Source: a virus
Taxonomy: Duplodnaviria > Caudoviricetes
DNA: 64,000 bases
Direction: 5' to 3' (one strand)
IMG/VR virus record: IMGVR_UViG_3300042256_000025
Shown here: in pieces, positions 1 through 10,660 of the stretch
How positions within the stretch are numbered: the first letter of the stretch is position 1
Layout of the letters: each line of letters opens with the position of its first letter
Position numbers and translations under genes: made by a program
The notes under the pieces: generated by a model
Databases searched by the model: none
Told to the model about the DNA's origin: nothing
Seen by the model: only the letters and a program-made list of their open reading frames with translations

Positions 1-2
1 CA

Positions 3-599
3 CCGGATAACTTCAGTAGCTTTAACCTAACGACTAACTTTCAGAATATTGACGGGGATCCCATTACAGCGATGTTTGCTGTATGGTTAGAGTATGCCGC
101 GCGAGTAAAGGATGGGACACTGAACCCTTATCCACAGATGATCTTAGAAAACGAGATCGACTACAATACCCGCATCTACCGCATCATTCTAGACCCCACG
201 CGCACCTTTGTCCGCAAGATCGCGGATTGTGGTGCGGCGTACCCTACAGTCAATCCAATCGGGGCGGCCTTTAACTACAACAGTGAAAGTTTCTTTACTG
301 AGGATACCAGTCAGCTCTCGATTGACTTTCAGTGTTTCGGCGTACGGTACAATGACCCCATTACTATCTATAACTTTAACCGTACGGTACAGACGTTTAA
401 CTCCTCGATGAAAGACAGTCGGCGAAAGGATGCGATGCAGAAGTTAACGCCTCAAGAGAAACGACTGTTCAACTATCGAGGCTACCCCCGCATTTCAGAG
501 AATTATGAATTAGAGTGGTACGTTCCCAAAGCGGAATACCAGCAGGTTATCTCAATGGCTGGCATTGACGTACCCACCAACATCGGACAGGTTTTATAA
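3..599 (+). CDS. Virion structural (baseplate/tail-region) protein, 5'-truncated by window edge
   Basis: Frame is open from position 3 through the listed ORF 72..599; lies in the phiKZ-like structural block, directly upstream of the 951-aa gene. Confidence 0.55.
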   Translation, partial: PDNFSSFNLTTNFQNIDGDPITAMFAVWLEYAARVKDGTLNPYPQMILENEIDYNTRIYRIILDPTRTFVRKIADCGAAYPTVNPIGAAFNYNSESFFTEDTSQLSIDFQCFGVRYNDPITIYNFNRTVQTFNSSMKDSRRKDAMQKLTPQEKRLFNYRGYPRISENYELEWYVPKAEYQQVISMAGIDVPTNIGQVL

Positions 600-608
600 G
601 GACACTCC

Positions 609-3464
609 ATGGATACCTTACGTGAAAAGCTTCTACAGGAGCTGGATCAATACTACGCCAATCCAGGGTCCATTCAACAGGTTGCGTTGGATATACTCGA
701 GGAGGCTGTGGATGGTAGCATCAACATCGTTGATCCATCTAGCCCATTTATGTTTTTACTAGAGGCCAGTGCAACCAATACCAGCACGGCTATTCTAAAG
801 GCACAGTCGGTCATGCGCAGGCTCTACCCGATGCTTGCAACCAACTATGCAGAACTTTACCACCACATGGCGGATGAGGACTACTTAGATCGATTTGCAA
901 CACCCAGTCGTACAACCCTCACACTGGTGGTACCCGTAGAGAGCGTCAAAACAGCCGCGGTTATGGATACACAAGCTGGGGTACGGCGTTTAACCATTCC
1001 AAAGGACACCGTTTTTCGTGTAGGGGGAATTGATTGGTTTGTTCACTATCCAATCGAAATTACGGTTACCCCAACCAACGTTATTCAGGTCAGCTACGAC
1101 CTTGCACCCTTTTCACCACTGTTACCCAAAGACGCTAACGCATTGGACTACCGTACCGTGCAGTCTGTCAATGGCGATGAGCTGGTTATCGATCTTCCGG
1201 TCGAACAGGTGTCTGTGGTTAGCCATACTACCCCCATGTCACCCTCGACAGGTTTCAGTGCCCTCTATCCGATTACGGATCAGTTTTACTATGTACGTGC
1301 CTATTGGCGTGAAGAGAGTGGTGCATGGAATGAAATGTCGACCACCCACACAGATCAGGTCTTTGATACAACTCGCCCTACAATGATCGTTAACGTAGAG
1401 GACCGTGCTGTTCGCTTAACCATCCCGGACATCTACACGACCCAAAATATGGTAGGGGACCATATTCGAGTTGACCTCTTTACGACTAAGGGTAAGGTTA
1501 ACATTGACCTGCAAGATTTTAGCTCGGCTGACTTCTCGGGTCGCTGGCAAGATCTGAATGGTACTAGTAGTACCTACGTTCAAGCCCTACAATCATTAAC
1601 TGACATTCAGCTATACGCGTTAGCCGATGTGGTGAGCGGTCGAGACGGCCTCTCCTTTGAGGCACTGCGGGATCGGGTAATTTATCGCAGTGCGGATAAG
1701 CGTGCCAGTATCACCTTTGAAGAACTGGCCTATGAGGTGCGTGATAAAGGATATACGCTGTCGAAGGCTAAAGACACCATTACCGAGCGACTATATACCT
1801 GTGCACGGCCTTTGCCTGCACCGGTTGATAACGCGGTGTCAACGCCCATTGGTGTTAAACATAGCCGTGTGGCCCTTTGGAGCGGCAACGGGCAATACAG
1901 TTATAGTTTAACCAGGAACGGTGACCGGGTAACGTTGACAAACCAGGCACTTTTACAGGAAGCCAATGGGACACTTTCCCTATTGAAGGATAGTGAACTG
2001 GATGCGTTAGCCGCACTGTCTCCCGATCAGTTAATTAGTCGATTGAATGAGGGTAACTTGTTCTACAACCCATTCTTCTACGTGGTTGAGTCGAATGTGG
2101 ATGTTTACCAAGCACGACCCTACTACCTGGATAACCCACGGAGCATAAACCGCAGCTTTATCGATAGTAACAAGTCGATCTGGTTTGCAGTCAATACCCG
2201 TCGGGTAGACTGTATGCGTGATGGCAACCAATATCACATTACGATGCGGGTGGATATTCCGAATGGGTTGACAGGTTTACATGGCCAGTTAACGGTTACG
2301 GACGTCAGTGGCCAGGAGTACCACGTACAGTCAGTAGAGACGACCTATGACAGTAAGGTCGCCTATGTACGATTTGTACTGGAGACATCCTTTGATGTGG
2401 ATGCCGATGATCGGATTGAAATCACGAATCTGAAAACCGAGAGCGGTGTAATATCAAATGTACTGGTTGACCTCGAAAGTGATGTAGAGGTATACTACTA
2501 TAAGGAGAGTAGCCTAACTGAAGTGACGGACTTCGATTACCGCATACATTCTACCTTAACCGGTAACTGGGTAGCGGCCACCCATGAGCGCCACCGCATA
2601 CGCTTAGGGGATAGTTTGGAGGGCCTTTCCTGTCGAGCAGAAGCCATTGTCTCTACGCCTATTTACCGTCGGTATGAAGAAGACGTTATTAAGCGCTATG
2701 CAGCGCCTGTCTATGAGCGTGACGATGAGGGCAATCTGGTATGGACGGTTGATGGAGTCACGGGTAAACCCGTGTTCAATATCCTTCACGAGGCGGGTGA
2801 CCCAGTGACAGATGATGAGGGTGCCCCTGTCCTACTCCACCGTGCCGGAGACGTCATGTTGGACAGCCTGGGTAAGCCAATCATCGATGAGCCAGCCGAC
2901 GTTATCTGGGAGTTGACAATGATGTCACTCGATGCCCGCTATCGCTATGCACAGAGTGCATCGGCGGAACGATACCGTAACTCGATAGGTCCACAGGTAC
3001 TCGCGTTCCTTACTCAGGACTTACGAGCGTTAGAACCTCGACTCATGGCCCGTACTGAGCTGGAATACCTGCCCAATGCATCGGTGGGCACCGCACTGGC
3101 CACCGTGGAGTCTAAGCAAGATGTGTTTTTGGATACGGCATTGGGCTTCACCATCAACTACATCATGTCGGAAGTCGGATACGCCGATAGTGCGTTACGC
3201 ACTCAGGTCGTTGAGGCTACACACGAGGCACTACGGGCCACGCTATATAAGCGCACCTTTTCTCTCTCTGAGTTAACCCGTGCACTTCAGGCGATAAGCG
3301 ATCACATCGTCAGTGTCTCCATCGAGAACCCCATCGATGGGTATAGCATGGCGAAGCTGGTGTCTGAGAACGCCTACTTCTCCTTGAGAGCAGAGTTGTA
3401 CCAGCGCACCAACGGCGTGTTGGATATCCGTGATGCGGTAGAAGTAAACTTCTTGTCCATATAA
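609..3464 (+). CDS. Large virion structural protein (baseplate wedge-like, phiKZ gp87-like)
   Basis: 951-aa ORF; N-terminal DPSSPFMFLLEAS and 'AxNYxELYHHM' resemble jumbo-phage baseplate proteins; synteny with head-protein genes and the polymerase gene. Confidence 0.6.
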   Translation: MDTLREKLLQELDQYYANPGSIQQVALDILEEAVDGSINIVDPSSPFMFLLEASATNTSTAILKAQSVMRRLYPMLATNYAELYHHMADEDYLDRFATPSRTTLTLVVPVESVKTAAVMDTQAGVRRLTIPKDTVFRVGGIDWFVHYPIEITVTPTNVIQVSYDLAPFSPLLPKDANALDYRTVQSVNGDELVIDLPVEQVSVVSHTTPMSPSTGFSALYPITDQFYYVRAYWREESGAWNEMSTTHTDQVFDTTRPTMIVNVEDRAVRLTIPDIYTTQNMVGDHIRVDLFTTKGKVNIDLQDFSSADFSGRWQDLNGTSSTYVQALQSLTDIQLYALADVVSGRDGLSFEALRDRVIYRSADKRASITFEELAYEVRDKGYTLSKAKDTITERLYTCARPLPAPVDNAVSTPIGVKHSRVALWSGNGQYSYSLTRNGDRVTLTNQALLQEANGTLSLLKDSELDALAALSPDQLISRLNEGNLFYNPFFYVVESNVDVYQARPYYLDNPRSINRSFIDSNKSIWFAVNTRRVDCMRDGNQYHITMRVDIPNGLTGLHGQLTVTDVSGQEYHVQSVETTYDSKVAYVRFVLETSFDVDADDRIEITNLKTESGVISNVLVDLESDVEVYYYKESSLTEVTDFDYRIHSTLTGNWVAATHERHRIRLGDSLEGLSCRAEAIVSTPIYRRYEEDVIKRYAAPVYERDDEGNLVWTVDGVTGKPVFNILHEAGDPVTDDEGAPVLLHRAGDVMLDSLGKPIIDEPADVIWELTMMSLDARYRYAQSASAERYRNSIGPQVLAFLTQDLRALEPRLMARTELEYLPNASVGTALATVESKQDVFLDTALGFTINYIMSEVGYADSALRTQVVEATHEALRATLYKRTFSLSELTRALQAISDHIVSVSIENPIDGYSMAKLVSENAYFSLRAELYQRTNGVLDIRDAVEVNFLSI

Positions 3465-3469
3465 GACAG

Positions 3470-3499
3470 CCCCCTACCCCCATAATGGGGGTAGGGGCG
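3470..3499. terminator. Intrinsic terminator hairpin between convergent genes
   Basis: cccctaccccc-ataat-gggggtagggg inverted repeat between the stops at 3464 (+) and 3505 (-). Confidence 0.75.
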
Positions 3500-3504
3500 T
3501 CTAT

Positions 3505-4725
3505 TTACTTTTTATTGCTCTCAGCTTCGTCTAAGACCATATTGAGGGCACGTACAATTGTACCGCGTCCCTCATTGACCCGACTCTGCAGTACCAGAGA
3601 CTGTTGCATAGCCTTGCCAAAGCGCATGAGGGTACTTAAACCTCCCCGCACTACATCGATGTAATCTGGAAGGGCACCTGAGTAGTTTACTTTAACTGCC
3701 GCATCGGTGGCCTTTTGGATGCCCTTTGAAACCTTCTCCATCTCGCGCTCTACTGTACTTACCGTTGCAGCGTAGGCACGCTGTGGTCGAGAGGTATCCT
3801 CAGCCTCGAACAGTCCTGCTTTGTACATTCGCTCGAGGCCACTGATAGTCGCACTTTCAGTACGGTCGTTATCCCTGAAGTAGTTGGTAAGGTCTATACG
3901 GGCCTGTAACACGTCCAGCAGTATAGGTGGTGTCGTGTAACCGATGTCACGCTGCGCATGGGTTTGAAGAGCAAGGTCGACAGTGGGGACCTGTGTAGGT
4001 GCGCCCTTATGGTACCTATCAATGGACTCGCACATTTCATTCAGGGGGCTGAGCCAGAGGGAATTATACGCATCGTCAGTATCGTCATAAAGGTTCTGAA
4101 CGTATAGGTCCATGCGGGGATTACCTGAACGTGTTAACTCATCCACCAGTGCATCGGTTTGAACACGCATGGCTTTAACGATTTCCAGAGAGATCTCGTT
4201 CATCTCATTAAGGACGCCGTATAGTTGGTCATTCGTATAGAGGTCATTCGAAGAATCCTCCACCCATTGGCACAGGAGCGACCCTGCTACGCGATTATAC
4301 GTGTTGTTAGTGCCTTCTGCCTGCATCTTCTTCCAGGCGGCAATCACCCGATCATACCACTCTTTAAGTTTAGCGGGCATGTCTGAGCGAAGAAACGCTT
4401 CTATAAGCTCACGCAACTTATCGCTAATCCAGCGTGTAATTTTTACCCACAGGTCGATGAGTTTCATGATGGCAATCGACGCAGATTTCAGCATACGTCC
4501 AACCAAACCCTCCATCGCAAACCCTAGGTTAGTCTCAGAGGGAAAGCGCGTATAGGAAGCTAATGGATAGTCAGCAGTAACCAGTTCAGGGCAATACTCT
4601 TCCAGCGCCACAACCGTATCACGGGCAATGCCCTGTGCCTCAATTTCACGAATCGCGATGGCTAGGGCATCCAATTTAAAGCATTCTCTCTGATAGGCCT
4701 GCTCTAAGGCTTCAAATTCGTTCAC
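3505..4725 (-). CDS. Internal head protein (phiKZ gp86-like)
   Basis: 406 aa; acidic N-terminal propeptide with A-x-E sites (ALE, AME) typical of prohead-protease-processed phiKZ head proteins. Confidence 0.6.
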   Translation of the reverse strand: MNEFEALEQAYQRECFKLDALAIAIREIEAQGIARDTVVALEEYCPELVTADYPLASYTRFPSETNLGFAMEGLVGRMLKSASIAIMKLIDLWVKITRWISDKLRELIEAFLRSDMPAKLKEWYDRVIAAWKKMQAEGTNNTYNRVAGSLLCQWVEDSSNDLYTNDQLYGVLNEMNEISLEIVKAMRVQTDALVDELTRSGNPRMDLYVQNLYDDTDDAYNSLWLSPLNEMCESIDRYHKGAPTQVPTVDLALQTHAQRDIGYTTPPILLDVLQARIDLTNYFRDNDRTESATISGLERMYKAGLFEAEDTSRPQRAYAATVSTVEREMEKVSKGIQKATDAAVKVNYSGALPDYIDVVRGGLSTLMRFGKAMQQSLVLQSRVNEGRGTIVRALNMVLDEAESNKK

Positions 4726-5480
4726 AGTTGATACCCCTGTACCAATTGCAGCGGCTTAATTTCCACCGCAGCATCCTCTTCGATCATTAAGCGGTCCTCG
4801 ACAATGTCAGTAACCGCATCCGCTAGGTTCCTGTTACGCCATGCATTCGTAAACAGCAGTTCGATCCACTCACTGTCAACTTCGCTGGTAATCCGCAACG
4901 TACGCACCACCTCATACTCCCTCGCCAGAATGGCTAGGATGCTACGAATGAGACAGCTATAGTCAGACCACGCATCTCGACCCATCTCTGGATGGAGAGG
5001 TGCAATGGCTTCAATGTGGGCAGGGATGGATTGTACAATTGTAATGGGGAGGCGTCCAGATTCAAACAAACTCACCATCTCATCCTGTTGAGGTAACAGA
5101 TTCACCTGAAGGATATCGAGCATAGCCTTTTCAAGGCGAACCTTGTCATCACAAAGATCCTCGAACGGCTCGAGGCTACAAACCATAGGGGATAGACAAA
5201 CCTCTGCACGGGCGGCCATAAGGCCACGGGCATATTCCAACACCATGGCCTTTTCAACGTACACATACTTCGAAAGCTCAGCGATGCGTTTACAAATTTC
5301 AGTCTTGTAGACGTTATCCCAGTGAAGTTTCATTTCATATGCGTTCTTCGCTATGGTCACCGGCACGTCTACACAGACCGCCCAAGCCGCCAATGCGGCG
5401 CGGGTTGATAAGTTAATGGCACCGATGGAGAGGGGCGCCTGTTTAGCAATGTCTATATAAATAGAAGCGATAGGGTTCAT
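4722..5480 (-). CDS. Putative virion/head protein
   Basis: 252-aa ORF overlapping the next gene by 4 nt within the head-protein operon. Confidence 0.5.
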   Translation of the reverse strand: MNPIASIYIDIAKQAPLSIGAINLSTRAALAAWAVCVDVPVTIAKNAYEMKLHWDNVYKTEICKRIAELSKYVYVEKAMVLEYARGLMAARAEVCLSPMVCSLEPFEDLCDDKVRLEKAMLDILQVNLLPQQDEMVSLFESGRLPITIVQSIPAHIEAIAPLHPEMGRDAWSDYSCLIRSILAILAREYEVVRTLRITSEVDSEWIELLFTNAWRNRNLADAVTDIVEDRLMIEEDAAVEIKPLQLVQGYQL

Positions 5481-5490
5481 ATCAGGGTCC

Positions 5491-6798
5491 TTACGCGAGT
5501 TGGTCTAAACGCTCAGCGTCTACATATAAATGGGTAGCCAGCAAGTCTTCGAGCTGCTGCTGGAGCTTAATGCTGGAACGCTGCTTATTGAATTTGGGGC
5601 GGAGTAACGTCGCAATGTTTTGGGCGAGAGTCAGCGTAGATTCATTGCGGGACTTGATGATCTTAGTGACCGTATCAATCTCTTCCACCAGCAATTTACG
5701 TTCATCACGGTCTAGGTCGGCTTCTTTCAATCGCTTAACCATTTCATTGCGAATAACCTCCAGCCGCCGTACAGGTTTGTCGTACCTGTCTTCTAATGGG
5801 TTAATAACCATATAGATGGCAACACTTATAACAGCCATCCCCAACGACGTTACGACCATCATCATAAGTGACGCGCCGGTTACCGCCACACCGCCTGTCA
5901 AAACTGCGACTATAGTCCGAATGGATTTAAGTGCCTTTACCAACATCATTAAAACACGACTGGTATTAGTGTACCCGTCAACTAGTATAGCTTGGAGCTT
6001 ATCCACCCCGGTAGCAAGATCACGCCCGTACCCCATTCGTCCAGCGAACTGATCGGCTAACGCTTCCCATCCGCGCACACTGTAGATATCTTCACCTAGC
6101 AAATTGCGCAGTTTCCTGAAATGGTTATTAAGTAAGAGAACGTACACCTCATCGGAGGAGGAACTATTCACAATGGCGTCGACGTCATCGATCTCAATGG
6201 CACCCCCGTCCTCAAGGGCACGCAGTATTTTGTGTTTATCCACATCACCCTGTACACCGGATAGTCGCGCAGCGGCATCTGAAAGAATGTAGTTGCCGAC
6301 AAAATTGGATCCCAAGAACTCAATGAAGGTAAAGGCATGGCCGAGTTCATGTAACATGAACGCCACATATTCCCGTACCGTTACACGAAATCCCATTATT
6401 GCCTTAGGGCGCTGTAGGTGAAGGGTAAACTCTAGTTTAGCGTAGTCACCGGTCACCTTAGCTTGAGCGCGGTTCACAGTACCTTCAACCAGTGATAGGT
6501 CATCGAAAGGAGCTTTAGACTTCGATCGAGTGGCGTGTCGACGCATCACCTCTGGTAAGAACGGGTGGTTACGGTCGAGGATGGGTGGGGCGATAGCGAA
6601 TTTAGGGTAGTTGTGCCACTTCACATCCGCTAACGTAATTCCACAGTGGCGTTTAACCGCCTCGATAATCTGCCGACCAGACTCTACATCCTTATACACA
6701 CCATCGTACATACCTTGAACAATGCGCTCAATTTCAATGGGCAGGGGATGATCTTTCTGGAAATCAATGGCTTCCAAACCTAACTTAAGGCGATTCAT
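5491..6798 (-). CDS. Virion head protein with HExxH metallopeptidase motif and hydrophobic segments (phiKZ gp84-like)
   Basis: LHELGH followed by EALADQFA; long hydrophobic stretch IVAVLTGGVAVTGASLMMMVVTSLGMAVISVAIYMVI; N-terminal GLE site. Confidence 0.6.
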   Translation of the reverse strand: MNRLKLGLEAIDFQKDHPLPIEIERIVQGMYDGVYKDVESGRQIIEAVKRHCGITLADVKWHNYPKFAIAPPILDRNHPFLPEVMRRHATRSKSKAPFDDLSLVEGTVNRAQAKVTGDYAKLEFTLHLQRPKAIMGFRVTVREYVAFMLHELGHAFTFIEFLGSNFVGNYILSDAAARLSGVQGDVDKHKILRALEDGGAIEIDDVDAIVNSSSSDEVYVLLLNNHFRKLRNLLGEDIYSVRGWEALADQFAGRMGYGRDLATGVDKLQAILVDGYTNTSRVLMMLVKALKSIRTIVAVLTGGVAVTGASLMMMVVTSLGMAVISVAIYMVINPLEDRYDKPVRRLEVIRNEMVKRLKEADLDRDERKLLVEEIDTVTKIIKSRNESTLTLAQNIATLLRPKFNKQRSSIKLQQQLEDLLATHLYVDAERLDQLA

Positions 6799-6862
6799 GT
6801 TCTGTACCTCGATAGATTAAAGTTTAGCGGATGCCCCGATCGTTTGAATGAAAGGAGGATCC

Positions 6863-8199
6863 ATGGATATTGTAAGTAGAGCCTGTTTCTTTGCCCACTA
6901 TAGTGAGGCATCCGATAAGTCGAAAAACGACATGATTTTGATCAAAGAGCGTTTGAAGGATGCCGATGGTAACGAGCATCCAAACCTTCGCACTCTTTAT
7001 AATTTTGAACGGCCGTTCTATGTTACCCGGAAGGGGGCACAGACCCATCAGACTAAAAAGGAATACGAGACACTTGAGAATTTAAACGTCTACAGCAGTA
7101 CACAGGCCCGACTGCCGTTTGCAGTCGCACGTGTACTGGATGTGCACCATCCTCGACCTAGACTACGGCAACTGTCTAACAGTCCGTACCTCTATGGCAC
7201 AGATATTAAACCTGAGTCAATTATTAAACATCAGTACCGCACTAAGTACCCGATGTATCAACCCAAGGCGACAGTGGCCGCACTGGACTTTGAGACTAAT
7301 GTCTGGTCTGAGGATGAAGAGATTATCTCAGGGGCCGTTACGTTCAAAGACAAGGTTATTTACGTTGCCTCTGAGACACTGATGGGAAACGTACCTGATG
7401 CGGTGGCCCGTATTGAGGCTAACTTTGATAAGTATCTGGGACACTATCGAAAAGAGCGTAACATAAAGTTACATGTACGCATTGTTAATAATGACCTGGA
7501 AGTCGTATTGTTGCTTTTTAAGGCCCTACATAAGTGGCAGCCTGATTTTGTCTCCATCTGGAACATGTCGTTCGATATTAATAAGATCCTCGATACCTTA
7601 AAGCGCCACAACGTAGATCCCAAATATGTCTTCTCAGATCCCTCTGTCCCTGAAGTCTATAAACGCTTCAAATGGCGTGAGGATAATCCTCAGAAAACCA
7701 CGGCCACAGGGAAGACCACCAGCAAGCATATTGCAGACTACTGGCACGTAGTCGAGGCCCCTGCAAGCTTCTATATCATTGACTCGATGTGCTATTTCAA
7801 GCGTAACCGTGTCATGGAGGGCGCTCGACACAGCTACTCCTTAGATGCCATCCTAACCGAGGAACTTGGGCTAACGAAATTCAAGTTACCGGAAGCCGAT
7901 CAGTATGAAGGGCTAGAGTGGCACCAAGTAATGCAGCGAGACTTTAAGATCGAGTACGCAACATACAACATCTTCGACTGCATTGCGTTGGAGCTATTGG
8001 ACGAAAAGACCAACGACATCAGTAAGGCTCTGCCGGCTGCAGCGGGCATCTCCCCGATTGAGGACATCGCTTCTGGTCCCCGTAACCTAGCGAATAACCT
8101 TCATTTTTTCCTAGAAGAGCAGGGTAAAATAATTTGCTCCACTGGGGAAACCATGCGGGAGGACTATGACGGGGATACTATTCCCATGACGGGGTGGAT
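6863..8199 (+). CDS. Split family-B DNA polymerase, exonuclease subunit (phiKZ gp82-like), exon 1
   Basis: AGGAGG RBS before ATG 6863; ExoI ALDFET, ExoII WNMSFD, ExoIII YNIFD; joins exon 2 in frame to read GWIVTLP. Confidence 0.85.
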
Positions 8200-8216
8200 C
8201 AACTAAAAAGTGTTAA

Positions 8217-8262
8217 ATAGTGACTCTTCATATTCTATATTGGCGAATATGAGGTCACTATA
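8217..8262 (+). promoter_or_regulatory. Hairpin sequestering the RBS of the intron-encoded HNH gene
   Basis: atagtgac..tcatattc-loop-gaatatga..gtcactat pairs over the GAGG RBS just before ATG 8263. Confidence 0.65.
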
Positions 8263-9279
8263 ATGTCTGTAATAAATGAGAAAGAGTTCAAACCTATACC
8301 TGGATACAGTCGATACCTATTGGCTAAGGATGGCCGCATCTACGATACTCTAAAAGAGCGTGAAAAGAGCTGGTACATTATCAACAGAGGTAATCCAAAA
8401 AAGAATATCAAGGGCGGTTATTACGGCACTAGGTTATATAACGATGCTGGTGTACTAGTTACGCTGCAGCGTCATAGGGCACTCTGCCTTACGTATAAAG
8501 AGCGACCGGATAAACGTGGTAACTACATTGTCAATCACATTGACGGTGTGCCTGGCAATGACAGCCTTGATAATTTAGAATGGGTAACCTACTCTGAAAA
8601 CACACAGCACGCTTACGATAATGGCCTGTATCCTAATAAGGTTAGACCCGTTATATGGAGAGACCTCGACGGCATAGATCGCCGGTACCCATCTGTTGCT
8701 AAGTTAGCCAGGGCAACGGGGTTCACGGAAGATAGGGTGCGCTCTAGATTGATGCGCACAAGTGGGAAGATCTACGAAGACGGTTTCTCGTTCAAATGGG
8801 ACGATGATAGTGAGTGGACGCTAGATGGTTCACCCTGTAAGGCTAGACTAGCAAAACGAGCTATAGTGGCGCGTGACATATTCACGGGTACCAAATATAT
8901 CTTTAGGTCAGCTAGGCAAGCCGCTCACCATATAGGGGTAACTGGCAAGGCCATACTTGAGCACCTTAAAAATGGGTCGGGAATTATACCGATTGCGGGC
9001 TATAACGTCCAATGTCTAGATAATTTAAACCCATGGCCAGCTCACTCTGATCGACATCTAGCCATTTATAGGGCACAGCCTTATAAGCCAGACCACGGTA
9101 TCGTAGCTAAAGACAGTTCAGGTAAAGAGCTCTTTTTCGAAACCAAGGCACTGGCCGCCAATTACTTCGGCATATCCGAAGAGAGTATTGCACGTAGATG
9201 TAAGAAGAGACTCACTATAGGCGACCACTCCTTCTATTATTATAGACTTGATGAACACTTAGGTCCCCCTATCCAGTAA
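8263..9279 (+). CDS. Intron-encoded HNH homing endonuclease (NUMOD4-HNH-NUMOD1 type)
   Basis: FKPIPGYSRY start; QRHRAL..VNHIDGVPGNDSLDNLEWVTYSENTQH HNH motif; C-terminal helix-turn-helix repeats. Confidence 0.9.
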   Translation: MSVINEKEFKPIPGYSRYLLAKDGRIYDTLKEREKSWYIINRGNPKKNIKGGYYGTRLYNDAGVLVTLQRHRALCLTYKERPDKRGNYIVNHIDGVPGNDSLDNLEWVTYSENTQHAYDNGLYPNKVRPVIWRDLDGIDRRYPSVAKLARATGFTEDRVRSRLMRTSGKIYEDGFSFKWDDDSEWTLDGSPCKARLAKRAIVARDIFTGTKYIFRSARQAAHHIGVTGKAILEHLKNGSGIIPIAGYNVQCLDNLNPWPAHSDRHLAIYRAQPYKPDHGIVAKDSSGKELFFETKALAANYFGISEESIARRCKKRLTIGDHSFYYYRLDEHLGPPIQ

Positions 9280-9611
9280 TGGATAGGTGATAATGCATCT
9301 AATTGCTGGGACGTCTTGTTAGGTCACTGCACCACGGGTACGGGGAAACCACGTATCTACGGTTTGAAAAGCAGTGGATAGAGATAATCAGCAGCGAAGT
9401 CCCTAAGGACTGTCGGGAGACAGGCTAGGGGAAACGTTCAACGACCAACCGCGACAGCGGTGTAGGGCCCAAGCGGGTGGGTTTATCCCTTAAATCGAAA
9501 TGGTGCACTTCCTACCTGATAGAGGAAGAAGATATGGTCTGGTCCCTGCGGAGACGTAGGGCGGGTGTCAGAGCACACCGGCTACAGAGTCGCGTCTGTA
9601 GTGGACAAACG

Positions 9612-9948
9612 CGTTACGCTCCCCTCTGAGTTAAACGTCGCTAAAGGGTATCCGTTTATCTCAGACATGGAAAATATCCCCTCCCGCATCTATACGCAAA
9701 TCTTTGATATTGACATCGCATCCGGGTATCCAACCTCAGGGGTAATTGCTAACATCTCAAAAGAAACCTGCCTGCGTGAAATTTGTGGGATTATGGGGCT
9801 GGACCGTAAAGAAGGACAAGACCTTCTACGCGTCACAGGCGTTAACATGACCGCCACCCGTACCAATGCCATTGAGCTCGCTCAGAGTCTCTATATGGCC
9901 CCTCCGATGGAGGACGTCTTGGCTAACTTTATGAGGGATTGCAGTTAA
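9612..9948 (+). CDS. Split family-B DNA polymerase subunit, exon 2
   Basis: Encodes VTLPSEL...DIDIASGYP (PolB motif A, DxxSxYP); the first 16 residues of listed ORF 9565 are intron sequence. Confidence 0.85.
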
Positions 9949-10005
9949 TACCTCATCATATGCAGATTACACACGCGCGTGTATAACTAATATGAGGATT
10001 ATTAA

Positions 10006-10650
10006 ATGGTTACCAAAACTACAACTAACCAACTGAACCAAACTACACCGGCTGAGAAAGAGCCAGTAGAACCAGTAGAAAAAGATACTACAGAGCCTAC
10101 TAAAAGTGAACCCGTGCAAAATCAGGTAGGTACTCAGAAGCCTATTTATCAGTCTAATGGTTCTGTAATTGATACTGATACTACACCAGTAGCTAAGGCT
10201 CCTAAGAAAACAGAAGGAGCCTCTGAGGCACTGGTAAAGGCACTTAACAATTACGTTAAGGCAATGAATCCGGTAAATCCGATTAGTATTCAGGATGGGG
10301 TACGTGAGCAGAAGCGTCTGCGCGGTGCGGTTATCAATGCGGTGGCAGAAGGCACAGATGAACAGGCCGTTAAGAATGTACAGTACATTCTGGACTTCAT
10401 CAATGCCGACACCACAGGTTGCTTCGACTTGACTGCAGTCTTCCGTTTCTACGACTCCACTGAATGGAAAGTACCGGCTGAGCGTAAAGAAATGGAAACC
10501 CTGATGACACTCTTTACTGCAACCGCCAAACAGGCTACGCGCGGTAAAGAAGCCCGTCGTCTGGACTGGGAAGCCATGGCTAAGCACATTATGCCGCTGC
10601 GGTCTAACGTGGTAATGGGCCGCCTGCGTCGCGTATACGGTATCGACTGA
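10006..10650 (+). CDS. Conserved jumbo-phage hypothetical protein with T/E/P-rich N-terminus
   Basis: 214 aa, GAGG RBS, followed by a terminator hairpin. Confidence 0.7.
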   Translation: MVTKTTTNQLNQTTPAEKEPVEPVEKDTTEPTKSEPVQNQVGTQKPIYQSNGSVIDTDTTPVAKAPKKTEGASEALVKALNNYVKAMNPVNPISIQDGVREQKRLRGAVINAVAEGTDEQAVKNVQYILDFINADTTGCFDLTAVFRFYDSTEWKVPAERKEMETLMTLFTATAKQATRGKEARRLDWEAMAKHIMPLRSNVVMGRLRRVYGID

Positions 10651-10660
10651 TAAACTATAG

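Larger units (their letters stand above)
8200..9611 (+). mobile_element. Group I self-splicing intron with HNH ORF in the DNA polymerase gene
   Basis: 5' exon ends in U (8199) and intron ends in G (9611); core elements P AATTGCTGGGA (~9301), Q AATCAGCAG (~9386), R GTTCAACGACC (~9436), S AAGATATGGTC (~9529); splicing restores the frame (557 aa). Confidence 0.9.

Noticed and set aside
6848-8206. Stand-alone exonuclease or truncated polymerase pseudogene
   Set aside because: The stop at 8204-8206 lies inside the intron; splicing restores a continuous frame including motif A.
9565-9611. Shared N-termini MS(E/K)HTGYRVASVVD of listed ORFs 9565 and 41817 as a protein motif
   Set aside because: These residues are a translation of the shared intron 3' RNA module, upstream of the 3' splice sites.
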